Assembly (NCBI GenBank): GCA_021208605.1
Contig: JAJOJK010000015.1
Span: 343-64,342 of the forward strand
Origin: Candidatus Woesebacteria bacterium
Lineage (GTDB): Bacteria > Patescibacteriota > Microgenomatia > UBA1400 > UBA1396
Length of the DNA stretch: 64,000 nt
Reading direction: 5' to 3'
Each line of letters begins with the position of its first letter. Position 1 is the stretch's first letter. The notes beneath the pieces are model-generated. The model was not told where the DNA came from. It saw only the letters and a list, made by a program, of their open reading frames with translations, and did no database searches. The translations under genes were made by a program, and so were the position numbers. This document shows positions 10,062-20,104 of the stretch, one piece after another.

Positions 10062-10313
10062 ATGCAGATGTGCCAAAGTTGTAGTATGCCATTCAATAAA
10101 GACCCTCAGCATGGAGGAACCGAAAAAGATTGATCCAAAAGCACAAAATACTGCAGCTTCTGTTACGAAAACGGAAAATTTAAAGACAATTTTAAAACTC
10201 CCCAAGAGATGCAAGAATTCTGCGTTAAGGTCATGTCAGAACAAGGAACCCCGCGTCTGGTAGCCTGGGTGCTGACTCGCGGGATTCCTCGTCTCGAGCG
10301 CTGGCGCGCTTAA
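10062..10313 (+). pseudogene. zinc-ribbon protein with in-frame TGA at 10131
   Basis: MQMCQSCSMP...GGTEKD*SKSTKYCSFCYENGKF...IPRLERW; AAGGAG RBS upstream. Confidence 0.8.
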
Positions 10314-10323
10314 GTTTACAGGT

Positions 10324-10830
10324 TTACTGCGCGGCATCCATATTCACGCCACCGCTAAAGAATCCACCAGTTGCTAACTGGGTGAGGCTTTTGTCAGCGT
10401 CTTTCTCTTCGGAAAGTGTTTGTTGCAGTAAGTCCACCACGTTACCGAGATTCAGCTGTTTGGCGTAGGCCACTGCGGCGCCGTATGCTGCGATTTCATA
10501 GTGCTCAACGCGTTGGGCAGCCGAGATAATGGCAGCATCTTTGGTGTCTGAGTCGTTTACTTCTTGGAGCATTTTACGACCCTCATCGAGGATGCCCCGC
10601 ATGCCAACGCACTCTACATTGGCCATTTCGTAGTCAATTTCTTCAGCGATAGTGTCCAGGCGAGAAATCTGCTGATTCGTCACATCGAGGTGCTCCGACA
10701 GCGCCGACTTCAGCTTGTCATCACTCGCCTGAGCGATCATCTTGGGCAAGGCATCAGTAATCTGCTGTTCAGCTGAGTAGAGATCAGCCAGCTCATGATG
10801 AAAGAGTTGGCGTAAGTTGGATATGGGCAT
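10324..10830 (-). CDS. YciF/DUF892 ferritin-like stress protein
   Basis: L.DLYSAEQQI..ALPKM, AAQRVEHYEIAAYG, TL.EEK.AD. Confidence 0.92.
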   Translation of the reverse strand: MPISNLRQLFHHELADLYSAEQQITDALPKMIAQASDDKLKSALSEHLDVTNQQISRLDTIAEEIDYEMANVECVGMRGILDEGRKMLQEVNDSDTKDAAIISAAQRVEHYEIAAYGAAVAYAKQLNLGNVVDLLQQTLSEEKDADKSLTQLATGGFFSGGVNMDAAQ

Positions 10831-10979
10831 GGGTGCTCCTTTGGGTGTTTGTGTAGTATTTGTAGAGTACGCCACTCAGACCAAAGGGACGATAAAAAAC
10901 AGTAAGACTTCCGTAAGAAGAATCTAAACTGTGTGTGGAGACTGGAAAGAAAGCGATTATACTGAAAACAAGGAACCCA

Positions 10980-11588
10980 ATGTCACTGAGAAGACGGCAA
11001 AAAAATGAAAGTATTGACTGGAATTCGCAAGATGTACGCGCTCTGATCGCAGCGCTACGAGAGATAACTTTCGTTCTAGACAAAAATTCTTTTTCCGAAA
11101 AATTGGAGCAATTCAGTCAATGCCTGCAAGCAATACCATTCGAAGAAATACTGCAGTATGATGCGACAATTACTGAGGAATATTTTCGCTTACAAAAACC
11201 GCCACAAGAGAAAAGCAACGAAGCGGTATTTTGGGAAAATATTCACTATGGATTAAAAAGCCTCAGTGACCTCGATGCCACTACTTGGCACCCATTATTA
11301 CAAGCACTTTCAAATTCACGCCAAGAAATTGCTAAGCGCTTCTACGGAGAACAACTTACTCAACTCTATAAAAGCATCCAACGAGAAATTCATACCGCTT
11401 CAACCGAAACAAGCACCGTAATCAAACAAAAAATATTCCTTGATGGATTACACCAATTTTTGCTGGACATGACGCCTTTTCATTTTTCTTTGCCTTTTGA
11501 TACGTATGAAGAACGCCTCACTTATGCGTTAAATAACTTTCAAGTAGGCGTGCGTGCGCGACTCCAACAACCTGATTTGTACAAGTAG
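10980..11588 (+). CDS. hypothetical protein
   Basis: ~200 aa helical ORF with no recognised motif. Confidence 0.6.
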   Translation: MSLRRRQKNESIDWNSQDVRALIAALREITFVLDKNSFSEKLEQFSQCLQAIPFEEILQYDATITEEYFRLQKPPQEKSNEAVFWENIHYGLKSLSDLDATTWHPLLQALSNSRQEIAKRFYGEQLTQLYKSIQREIHTASTETSTVIKQKIFLDGLHQFLLDMTPFHFSLPFDTYEERLTYALNNFQVGVRARLQQPDLYK

Positions 11589-11593
11589 GCTAC

Positions 11594-12421
11594 TTACTGT
11601 AGAGCACGAAAAATACGGCTATAGAGCTCCACCAACACTTCTTCACCCACATCGGCAATCAGATAGTTATACGCTGGCTTGGTGTTGATCTCGAACAGCC
11701 ACATTTTTCCATTGGTGTCGACCGCGACATCGAGACCGCCGTATTGTAGGTCGAGTTCAGAATACATAGGCTGGATGTGATCAGCAATCTGTTTGATGAG
11801 AGTTTGATCAGTAATGACCCGCGCGTGCGCACCATCCCAGTGGAACGGACTGAGATTTCCCACAAACGTCGCTTCAGAAAAATCTTTTTCATACACAAGC
11901 ATGATTTCTTGTTGAAATACGATTACGCGAAACTCGCGCGCTATCGGCACGTATGCCTGCACCAGGGCGACGTGGTCATACAATCGTGAGGACTGGTCAT
12001 AGATGTGGTGGAGGGCGTTTTGTATTTCTGCAGAATTCGTACACTTAAAAACATTCTTCCCTTGTGAACCCCGGTTCATCTTTATGACGAGCGGAAAAGA
12101 GAAGTGATTCATGATGTCCTCTTCGATTTCTGCCACGGACTGAAACTCGCGAAACGGCTGGAAAACTGGTTCGCAGTCTGGATCGATATAGGATTTGCTC
12201 TTGGGAAGTGCGATGACTTCCTTGAGCAGCTCGCCGGTAAACGTTTTGTCGCTCGTGATTCTGGTGACGATATGCGAGTTGAAAGGAACTTCATTGGCAA
12301 TGAAGGTATAGGTCTGATCGTTGATCCAACAGCGCAAAAAAGCACCGCTTGAGCCGATATGCTCGTAGGGAATGCTGAGACGCTGGCATGCTTTTTGGAT
12401 GCAGTTGATATGTTGGTTCAT
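11594..12421 (-). CDS. RimK-like ATP-grasp protein
   Basis: FPLVIKMNRGSQGKNV, QAYV...REFRV, GGLDV, FEINTKP. Confidence 0.85.
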   Translation of the reverse strand: MNQHINCIQKACQRLSIPYEHIGSSGAFLRCWINDQTYTFIANEVPFNSHIVTRITSDKTFTGELLKEVIALPKSKSYIDPDCEPVFQPFREFQSVAEIEEDIMNHFSFPLVIKMNRGSQGKNVFKCTNSAEIQNALHHIYDQSSRLYDHVALVQAYVPIAREFRVIVFQQEIMLVYEKDFSEATFVGNLSPFHWDGAHARVITDQTLIKQIADHIQPMYSELDLQYGGLDVAVDTNGKMWLFEINTKPAYNYLIADVGEEVLVELYSRIFRALQ

Positions 12422-12542
12422 GAGGAGACACCCCTAGGCCTATAACTCGATACTTGAGCCAGAGAGCCGTATTCTAAACCTATTATAAACCCTGTACACC
12501 CCTGGAGGGAAAAGAGTTATAGGCCTAGGGGTGTCTCCTCAT
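12420..12542. repeat. 123-bp unit with perfect 29-bp terminal inverted repeats (MITE/REP-like or invertible segment)
   Basis: ATGAGGAGACACCCCTAGGCCTATAACTC at 12420-12448 and its exact reverse complement at 12514-12542. Confidence 0.85.
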
Positions 12543-12581
12543 ACCCAATTCTTACACAATTTCGGTCATACTACCCCCACT

Positions 12582-13634
12582 ATGAAAATCGCTATGATTT
12601 CGAGTCCCTTTGTACCCGTACCTCCCAAAAAGTACGGCGGGACCGAACGCGTCATCTATTACCTCATCAAAGGACTCCTTGAGAAAGGACACGAAGTCAC
12701 ACTCTTCGCCACTGGTGACTCCGAAGTCGAGTGCGAACTCGTGCCCATCTGTGAAAAACACCTCTTTTTTGGAAAAACGAAAGCGGAACAAGAACAGATT
12801 GTTGAAAAGTTGCAAGACATCGAGGCCTACACCAATAAGCTCTTACGAGAACGTGCCCATGAGTTTGACATTATCCACTCACATGGCTTTGATTTAATCG
12901 AGTTCCAACATTTGCCCAACGTGACCACCCTCCACGGCATGTTCACCTTGGAGGAAATGGAGTACTACGAGCAACGACAGTGTTTGCACTATGTGTCTAT
13001 TTCCAATAATCAACAAAAACCGTACCCTGATCTTGAATATGTAGGCACAGCGTATAACGGCTTAGATCCAGCTGAGTTTCCGGTTGTCACCGAACCTGAA
13101 AAATACGCTTGTTTCCTTGGCAGACTCGACCGAGAGAAAAATCCTGATAAAGCAATTGAGCTGGCCATAAGTCTCGGGATGCCAATTAAAGTAGCCGGTA
13201 AAGTTGATCATCTCGGTTCTGAGTACTTTGACGAAGTCCTCCAGCCACTCATGGAAAACCCACTCGTTGAGTTTCTTGGAGAAATCGGCATGGCAGAAAA
13301 AACGAAACTGCTCTCCAATGCTGCCGTAAATTTGCACCCCACGAACTTCCGCGAGCCGTTTGGCTTAACTGTTTTGGAAGCGGCGTACTGCGGAACTCCA
13401 ACCATAGCCGTGAAGCGCGGATCTATGTCTGAAATAATTGAGAACCACCGCACCGGTATACTGGTCGAAGACTTCACAGAAGCGTATCACCTCATGGAGG
13501 AGTGTTTAGAACTTGATCGAGAATATGTCGCACAGCGTGCACGATTGCTGTTCAACTACCACACCATGACCGAAAGCTACCTCAAGGCATATGAGCAAGT
13601 CACCACTGAGTTCGCTGCGCGTAACCAAGAGTAA
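12582..13634 (+). CDS. GT4 glycosyltransferase
   Basis: VPPKKYGGTERV, GHEVTLFATGDS, EPFGLTVLEAAYCGTP. Confidence 0.93.
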   Translation: MKIAMISSPFVPVPPKKYGGTERVIYYLIKGLLEKGHEVTLFATGDSEVECELVPICEKHLFFGKTKAEQEQIVEKLQDIEAYTNKLLRERAHEFDIIHSHGFDLIEFQHLPNVTTLHGMFTLEEMEYYEQRQCLHYVSISNNQQKPYPDLEYVGTAYNGLDPAEFPVVTEPEKYACFLGRLDREKNPDKAIELAISLGMPIKVAGKVDHLGSEYFDEVLQPLMENPLVEFLGEIGMAEKTKLLSNAAVNLHPTNFREPFGLTVLEAAYCGTPTIAVKRGSMSEIIENHRTGILVEDFTEAYHLMEECLELDREYVAQRARLLFNYHTMTESYLKAYEQVTTEFAARNQE

Positions 13635-13669
13635 CATCGATAAAAAGCCATTTTCTTTGCACCCAATCT

Positions 13670-15502
13670 CTAGGGACTATAGTGCTCCGAATGCAGGGCA
13701 CGCACCTTGATGTACTCACGAATAATGCGTCGACAGCCGGCGGCCGACCACAACTGAATCATGCTCATTTGCCCCTCTATACCTTCCTGGTCCAGATAAA
13801 AACGAGCGCGGTCTTGTTCGCGATCGTAGTAGTAGAGTTCGGTCACCGAACCAAGCTCTTCCCAACCACGGAAGCAGGCTTCGGCTGTTCGAGTAATGGC
13901 ATCATAGAGATGATCCATCACCAATCGAGGCCACCCAGCACGCAAGCCAATGCGATACTGTCTTGCTAAACCAGCAACAGCGAAGGCAGCCTGCTTCGGC
14001 CAAATAACTTTCCCATGATAATGTTTTTCGCTCAGCGCTTCGGTCGTTGCCGCTACTAAAATGGGACCCACTGGCGTGTAAAAGTACTTCTCAGACAGGA
14101 TACGATCCGCAAAACTCAGCGTATCTTCGAGTGACGGGTGACCATAGTACAAATCGTATGACTCATCAAGATGGGCAACTGAGAGCGGTTCAAGCTCCGG
14201 ACCGTGCAGAGCCAATGAATACCCACGCAAGTTAGCCGCAAAAAAGACCAGAAAACTATTCTTTTGCTGCTGCCACTGCGCAATCAACTGTTGTAAATGA
14301 CTCGTATCTTCAAAACCAAAGAAATCACTAAATCGCAGAATCATGCTCAACGCCTCTGGGTAGAAAATACAGTTCACATCATAGGGCGCAATGGGCGGTT
14401 TTTGCTGCGGAAAGGCGGCCAAGCTATCGCGCCAGTTGCCCACCTCATGATAGTCCTCACCATCGTCCGTCCCACGTTTTTTGAACGTGATAACATCACG
14501 ACTTTCTGCCTGCGTGACAATATACCGACCAATGGCACGCAGTTTGCGGGCAGTATCTTCCTGCAACAGAAATTGGCGGGAAACACGCTCCATGCCTAAA
14601 ATATAGAGCGGTTCAATATCAATCATTTTTCGATCCACGTGTTCAGAATCCTGCGACAAATAGCGAAACTCGCCAATAATATCTTCATGCCAACCTTGGC
14701 CGGATTCATCCACGTGCTTGAGTGATTGCTCATACATAAAATCGATCGTTTCGGTACTTAAATCACCAACACCAAGTTGCGCTGCTTCAATCCAGTCACG
14801 CGGAAAGATCGTGCCGTACTCAAAACTGCTCGTCTTGCGCGAAGTGACTAAATAGGCAATGTGTTGGCCGGCTTCTTCATACAGCTGCTGAATACTTTCT
14901 GACAAGGAAGTGAGCGGTAAACTCTCTGGCTTAAAAATGGGCGCCGTAAATTTGGACTCGGTAGGAATATTGGTTTCGGTGCGAATGAGCAGTTCGAGGG
15001 GTCTGGTACCTTCTAAAACAATATCGCCTGAGTCAATCGAAAGCGTATAGTCTCCGGCTACTTCAAGCGAAGCTCCATAGAAACGCTGCGTTTCGCCCTC
15101 ATTAAAATGACGCATAAATTGCAAACCGTGTACTGAGCCCTTGGTATACTCTTCCATTTCTTGCGGCAACAAAGTGGCGATCTCATCTCGAGCCAAGTCG
15201 CGATAGGTCGGGCGCGGCTGCACACCTTCTGTATGGTTGCGGAGCGTGCGAATGTTACACACTAACGGATAAGAAATTCGCACCTCATCGGCTGAAAACA
15301 ACACTTTTACCACCACATGACCACGATCAACCGTATATTCAGAAATCGAAAAGTCTACATCGTCTGAAATAACGGTAAATCCCAAAAACAAATGGTTGCC
15401 TGGACCGGCGATGCGCAACTGTCGCTGCTCATCAATATCAACGTAGTACTCTCCGACAACATGAAATTCCATAACTGTCCTCACCGTAACAAAGGGAGCC
15501 AC
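13670..15502 (-). CDS. amylo-alpha-1,6-glucosidase/GDE-like (alpha/alpha)6 glycoside hydrolase
   Basis: TIFPRD, WRDS, YHGKVIWP, ELY, QLWSAAG motifs; adjacent to GT4. Confidence 0.75.
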   Translation of the reverse strand: MAPFVTVRTVMEFHVVGEYYVDIDEQRQLRIAGPGNHLFLGFTVISDDVDFSISEYTVDRGHVVVKVLFSADEVRISYPLVCNIRTLRNHTEGVQPRPTYRDLARDEIATLLPQEMEEYTKGSVHGLQFMRHFNEGETQRFYGASLEVAGDYTLSIDSGDIVLEGTRPLELLIRTETNIPTESKFTAPIFKPESLPLTSLSESIQQLYEEAGQHIAYLVTSRKTSSFEYGTIFPRDWIEAAQLGVGDLSTETIDFMYEQSLKHVDESGQGWHEDIIGEFRYLSQDSEHVDRKMIDIEPLYILGMERVSRQFLLQEDTARKLRAIGRYIVTQAESRDVITFKKRGTDDGEDYHEVGNWRDSLAAFPQQKPPIAPYDVNCIFYPEALSMILRFSDFFGFEDTSHLQQLIAQWQQQKNSFLVFFAANLRGYSLALHGPELEPLSVAHLDESYDLYYGHPSLEDTLSFADRILSEKYFYTPVGPILVAATTEALSEKHYHGKVIWPKQAAFAVAGLARQYRIGLRAGWPRLVMDHLYDAITRTAEACFRGWEELGSVTELYYYDREQDRARFYLDQEGIEGQMSMIQLWSAAGCRRIIREYIKVRALHSEHYSP

Positions 15503-15618
15503 AGATTGTAAGGTATTTTACGCAACACCGACACAACTCTTACCGTTCTCTTACAAAAAGACCTATTTTTATACATTTTTGCTCCCGATAGTACTCGAGG
15601 TACCGGTACAATAGAGAT

Positions 15619-16299
15619 ATGCACAAAACGATTGTCATTATTGAAGACGTTCAAGACATGGCCCACTACATGCGTGACGTTCTTACCGAGGACGGTCACC
15701 AAGTGTACGTGAGCCTCACTGGAACGGAAGGCCTGAAACTCACCCGGCAGCTGATGCCAGAAATTGTTTTACTCGACTTGAATTTGCCGGACATCAACGG
15801 ACGTTCTCTTTGTGAACAAATTAAAGATGAGTTTCCGGAGCTCACACTTATCATGGTCACGGGTGAAGACACGCCAGCATCCGTCGCCAGCGGACTCAAC
15901 CTCGGTGCCGATGATTACATAACAAAGCCGGTGAGTCCAGAAGTACTCTTGGCCCGTATTCACGCCCGTACGCGTTCAGTGACCAACGATGCCCACGTCT
16001 TACAAGTCAATGACCTCACACTCAATCAGAAAACACACGTTGTGAAACGTGGCGACAAAGACATTCAACTATCCGCCCAAGAATTTAAGTTACTTGAGTA
16101 TTTGATGGAAAATCCGAATCAAGTATTAACACGAGAAATGATACTGGCTCGCATTTGGAAGAGTAGTCCTGATATTCAGACTCGTGTTGTGGACGTGTAT
16201 GTAGGCTACTTGCGCAAAAAAATAGAGTTCAAAGAACCAAAACTGATTCACTCTATTCGCGGCTTCGGCTATATGTTGTCAGAAAATCCGCCCGCGTAG
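15619..16299 (+). CDS. OmpR-family response regulator
   Basis: IIED, LLDLNLP, GADDYITKP, winged helix VVDVYVGYLRKK...RGFGY. Confidence 0.95.
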   Translation: MHKTIVIIEDVQDMAHYMRDVLTEDGHQVYVSLTGTEGLKLTRQLMPEIVLLDLNLPDINGRSLCEQIKDEFPELTLIMVTGEDTPASVASGLNLGADDYITKPVSPEVLLARIHARTRSVTNDAHVLQVNDLTLNQKTHVVKRGDKDIQLSAQEFKLLEYLMENPNQVLTREMILARIWKSSPDIQTRVVDVYVGYLRKKIEFKEPKLIHSIRGFGYMLSENPPA

Positions 16300-16339
16300 C
16301 AGTATCTTATTGCAGTACTTGTGTTCCAGAAAGAAATTC

Positions 16340-16705
16340 TTATTTTGCGGTGCGCAGTACAGAAACGAGGCTCGCTAAATCAAGCGGTTTTTGGAAAAAA
16401 CGTCGAATAAACGGAGAGTGCGCTAAGGCTTTCGAATCAGGATCGGAAGACATCACGTAGATGTCGCAATTGACTTTGATGTTTTTCGTCGGGAGCGTTT
16501 CGTTCAACTTCTCAACAAACTCAGCTCCTTTCGGTTCATCGCCAAACCAGACATCAACTAAACACGCATCGGCATTCAGCTGAGCTATCTGTTCTACCGT
16601 GGGCGGGGATTGAAACGTAATCACCCGGTATCCTTCTTCAGTTAAAATATCTTTTAAAATACTTGCCAGGTCGACGTCATCATCAAAAATTACAATACTG
16701 TCCAT
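16340..16705 (-). CDS. single-domain response regulator
   Basis: IFDDD, LVDVW, MSS, KP. Confidence 0.85.
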   Translation of the reverse strand: MDSIVIFDDDVDLASILKDILTEEGYRVITFQSPPTVEQIAQLNADACLVDVWFGDEPKGAEFVEKLNETLPTKNIKVNCDIYVMSSDPDSKALAHSPFIRRFFQKPLDLASLVSVLRTAK

Positions 16706-16786
16706 ATCTCTTGTTAACCAATCGTTGTATACGTATAGTACCAAACCTGAGGAGTTTTTCGGTAAGAACCGAGTAAGAATCGAGGG

Positions 16787-17884
16787 TTATTGGGAAGTAG
16801 CTTTTTTGCGGGGGAGACGAATGGTAAAAGTAGATCCCTTTTCGAGCTCACTTTCTACATGTATCGTTCCGTTATGCTGTTCCACAATTTCTTTCACGAG
16901 CGCCAAACCAAGTCCCAAACCGCGTGCCTTCTTTTTCATTTTTGCTGAACGAAAATATGGTTCAAAAATATAGGGAATTTCTTCTGGGTCGATCCCGACA
17001 CCCTCATCTTGGATACTCAGTGTGACCCATTTTCGGCTCGCGCTCAGAGTGACTGTAATGGGTGCACTCTCCTCTGAGTATTTCATGGAATTTAAAATGA
17101 GATTCGTTATCACCTGCGACATCCGAGCTCGATCCAATGCACACTGCACCTTCCCTTGAGAAGAGAAGTGAAATTGACGGTGATGATCCGCCGACTGCAA
17201 ATCTTCAACCAAACTACGCACAAACTCTTCCACTTCTGTTTCTTGAGGCTGAATCTTCAATGACTGCAGTGAGATTTTAGAGTTATCAATAATATCGTTG
17301 AGCATCTGCACCACAATATTGATTTGGTTATTGATACTCTTTGGATACTTGTCTGCCGAAGAAGCATTTTTACTGAAATGTCTTTCTAGGTAATAGGTAT
17401 AGGCTTTAATCAGACCGAGTGGCTGTTTGAGTTCGTGACCAATTGTCTTAATAAAGAGCTGGGTGTTTTTACGCAAGAGTTCGGTGCGATGGATGCGCCG
17501 AATGCTCAGAACACCGTATACATACTCTGAATTTTTATCGGTCTCATCTTCATGGAATAACTGATATCGCAATCGAATCTTAGGATGATTGGTCTGACTC
17601 CGTGCGAGAAAACGAGTGGCTGTATCAAATTTTCCAAAAGAATCCTTATTTAACAGCTCGTCAATCGAGTAACGATCCTCTTCATGAAACACACAGTATT
17701 CGGAGAACAGATTTTTGACTGTGCTGCGGCCAGTAATTTTTTTGCCCAAGATCTGTTCCGAAAACTCATTCGCGGCTCCATTAGCAAAAATAACTTTCTG
17801 TGTTTTGAGATCAATAATAAAAATGCAATCTGAAACTGTATTAAGAATATCTTTATAGACAGTAGTGGAGAGGAAACGCTTCAC
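16787..17884 (-). CDS. PAS-domain sensor histidine kinase
   Basis: HELKQP, NLILNSMKYS, DEGVGI, GLGLGL, GSTF. Confidence 0.92.
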   Translation of the reverse strand: MKRFLSTTVYKDILNTVSDCIFIIDLKTQKVIFANGAANEFSEQILGKKITGRSTVKNLFSEYCVFHEEDRYSIDELLNKDSFGKFDTATRFLARSQTNHPKIRLRYQLFHEDETDKNSEYVYGVLSIRRIHRTELLRKNTQLFIKTIGHELKQPLGLIKAYTYYLERHFSKNASSADKYPKSINNQINIVVQMLNDIIDNSKISLQSLKIQPQETEVEEFVRSLVEDLQSADHHRQFHFSSQGKVQCALDRARMSQVITNLILNSMKYSEESAPITVTLSASRKWVTLSIQDEGVGIDPEEIPYIFEPYFRSAKMKKKARGLGLGLALVKEIVEQHNGTIHVESELEKGSTFTIRLPRKKATSQ

Positions 17885-18051
17885 TGGGGTATTCTATCAG
17901 TTCACCGAGAGAAGCATTGTAAGGATACTGATTTGAGAAAAAAGAGCACAGGAGATTTGGTAAATGAAACCTCTCTCCACACCAACCAAAACGAAGACGG
18001 CGGGTGAAACAGTCTCGTTCCACCCGCCGTCAACAAGCCAGAAATTTGTAG

Positions 18052-18288
18052 CTACGACCAATTCTTGCGAATATCTTGCATCTTGGCCTCCATTTGATTG
18101 CCCCATTCTTTCAATTGAGCATCAGCCTTATCGGTTGCCTGATCAAATTCTTCTTGCATGTTTTGCATTTGTTCTTCAATCTTGGAATCAGCGGCCGATT
18201 CCTTCATCTCGGCTTGGCGCTTCTGCCAATCAGCTTGCAGCTGCTCCCATTGAGCTTGAAGTTTGTTGAGGTAGGCGTTATCTGCCAT
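18052..18288 (-). CDS. small coiled-coil hydrophilic protein
   Basis: 78 aa Q/E/K-rich ORF with AAGGA RBS. Confidence 0.6.
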   Translation of the reverse strand: MADNAYLNKLQAQWEQLQADWQKRQAEMKESAADSKIEEQMQNMQEEFDQATDKADAQLKEWGNQMEAKMQDIRKNWS

Positions 18289-18366
18289 AGTGGTTCCTTT
18301 CTCTTTTTGTGTTCAGTGTGTTTTGGGATAACCCGATGTGCGGTATCTACGGTAGGGAAGAGCACA

Positions 18367-18576
18367 CTACTCATCTTCATCTTCCACCCACTCGCCATCG
18401 TCGTTTTTATGATAGGAGTTTTTGACAGCACTCCAGGCCACCCGATGCGAACGCTCTTCATCACCGCCATACTGTTCGTGAGCACTGTTGAAGGCTTCCA
18501 TATAAATTTCTTGGGCGTGGTGCGGTAAATTGTCCGCCACTGACTCGGGGAGTTCATCCAGTGAGCTATAGGGCAT
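18367..18576 (-). CDS. chaB: ChaB family protein
   Basis: MPY....LP.SV...LP.HAQEIY..AFNSA...Y...EE..HRVAWSAVK. Confidence 0.92.
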   Translation of the reverse strand: MPYSSLDELPESVADNLPHHAQEIYMEAFNSAHEQYGGDEERSHRVAWSAVKNSYHKNDDGEWVEDEDE

Positions 18577-18680
18577 GAAACGTTCCTTTCTGTTGTTTTT
18601 TTGTATCTGTGTTTTGTACACGTGCGTCGTGTGCACGCAGCTGTAATAGCAGCGGGTGTGGCGATGCGTGACTCTAGTCG

Positions 18681-19175
18681 TTATCGACTCATCGGCATTG
18701 GTGTTGCTGAATCATCTGCACGGATATCCGCTTGCAGATTCTCGATCATGCGCTCCGCCGTTTGGAGGGCATCGGCACTTTCTGCTTCGACTTCCTCACG
18801 CAGCTGCGCTAAGTCGGTTTGCATCTCCTGCCAGGATTCGCTGCTTTCTTGATCTGCCGTTTGGTATGCTTGACGCAGATCCGCTTCTAAGGCGTTGAGT
18901 TCTTCATTTACCTCTTCGCTCGAGTCTTGAAGCGCTAAGCGTCCACGAATAATTTGCAACCGTGTTTCAGCACGAGCCCGAGCTAAACTTGCTTCTGTCT
19001 CGGCTGTAAACTCGTTCCATTCTTCGTTGAACTCGGCGCTCATCGTTGCGTTTTGCGCATTTTGCGGCCGCATATCCCGGTCGTCATCCATGGGCATTAC
19101 CTGACTTACCGCAAAAAGTGAAATGAGTATACTCAGTACGGAGAGTCCCAGCGCTATCCCCACAGATGTGGACAT
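18681..19175 (-). CDS. membrane-anchored coiled-coil protein
   Basis: N-terminal hydrophobic helix followed by an acidic coiled coil. Confidence 0.65.
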   Translation of the reverse strand: MSTSVGIALGLSVLSILISLFAVSQVMPMDDDRDMRPQNAQNATMSAEFNEEWNEFTAETEASLARARAETRLQIIRGRLALQDSSEEVNEELNALEADLRQAYQTADQESSESWQEMQTDLAQLREEVEAESADALQTAERMIENLQADIRADDSATPMPMSR

Positions 19176-19465
19176 ACCGGTGTCTGTTTGTGTGTCTCTC
19201 TTCGAGATGATTTCCTTCCTGTTTTTTTAAAATACAAGTGACCATACTAAGTAGAGGATCAGCAGTGCTACTAAAGTTCCCGCGATTCCGCGTGGAATCG
19301 GAACAACAGCAAGCACAAAGTTCGCTAAGAGTAGGAAAACAATTATTCCAACAATTAATTCTAAAATTCCCATACCTACTTTCTAGGTGTTTTTTATGAT
19401 TACTTGTCACTATAGAGGGAGGAGGTCAGAGTAGGATGAAAATGGTGTAAGGATAAAGTAAGAAG

Positions 19466-19491
19466 TAGGGAGACACCCCTAGGCCTATAAC
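19466..19491 (+). repeat. copy of the GGAGACACCCCTAGGCC(TATAAC) repeat, left of mpg
   Basis: TAGGGAGACACCCCTAGGCCTATAAC. Confidence 0.85.
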
Positions 19492-19509
19492 AACTGGTAC
19501 AATTCTTTC

Positions 19510-20070
19510 ATGTCCCGCCTTCCACGCAATTTTTATGCTCAGCATACCCTTGAAGTAGCCACCGAACTCCTCGGGAAAGTATTGGTCGTCTATCGTCAAG
19601 GCATTCGCTTAAGCGGGGAAATACTCGAAGTCGAAGCCTACACTGGTACAGATGACCCCGCCTCCCACGCATTTCGAGGACCGACACCACGTAACCAACC
19701 GATGTTTTCTACGCCTGGTCATACGTATGTCTACTTCACATATGGCATGCACCATTGCGTAAATGTAGTCGCCCATGACAACAATGGTCCAGGCGCGGTA
19801 CTTATTCGCGCCGTGCGGCCACTCGAGGGACTCGACCTCATGCAAACAAGAAGGAAAAACAAACCATTCTCCCAACTGACCAATGGTCCAGCAAAACTCT
19901 GTCAAGCTTTTCAACTTGATCGCCAAGATACCAATATTGATTTGGTTACATCTGACGAAATCTGGATTGAGGATCAAGGAAAACGGTTTTTACCAGAGGA
20001 AATGAAGGCCACACCGCGAATCGGCATCTCGACCGCTATGGAAAAAGAGTGGCGATTTATAGTCCTGTAG
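19510..20070 (+). CDS. mpg: 3-methyladenine DNA glycosylase (MPG/AAG family)
   Basis: LLGKVL, EVEAY, YVYFTYGMH.CVN.V, AVLIRA, GPAKLCQA, PRIGI. Confidence 0.95.
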   Translation: MSRLPRNFYAQHTLEVATELLGKVLVVYRQGIRLSGEILEVEAYTGTDDPASHAFRGPTPRNQPMFSTPGHTYVYFTYGMHHCVNVVAHDNNGPGAVLIRAVRPLEGLDLMQTRRKNKPFSQLTNGPAKLCQAFQLDRQDTNIDLVTSDEIWIEDQGKRFLPEEMKATPRIGISTAMEKEWRFIVL

Positions 20071-20082
20071 AAAAATATTGGC

Positions 20083-20102
20083 GGCCTAGGGGTGTCTCCC
20101 TA
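20083..20102 (-). repeat. inverted copy of the same repeat, right of mpg
   Basis: GGCCTAGGGGTGTCTCCCTA is the exact reverse complement of 19466-19485. Confidence 0.85.
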
Positions 20103-20104
20103 TA

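Noticed and set aside
19176-19465. Structured ncRNA in long intergenic gaps (also 27200-27438 and 2965-3050)
   Set aside because: Only short hairpins; no recognisable 6S, SRP, tmRNA or RNase P motifs
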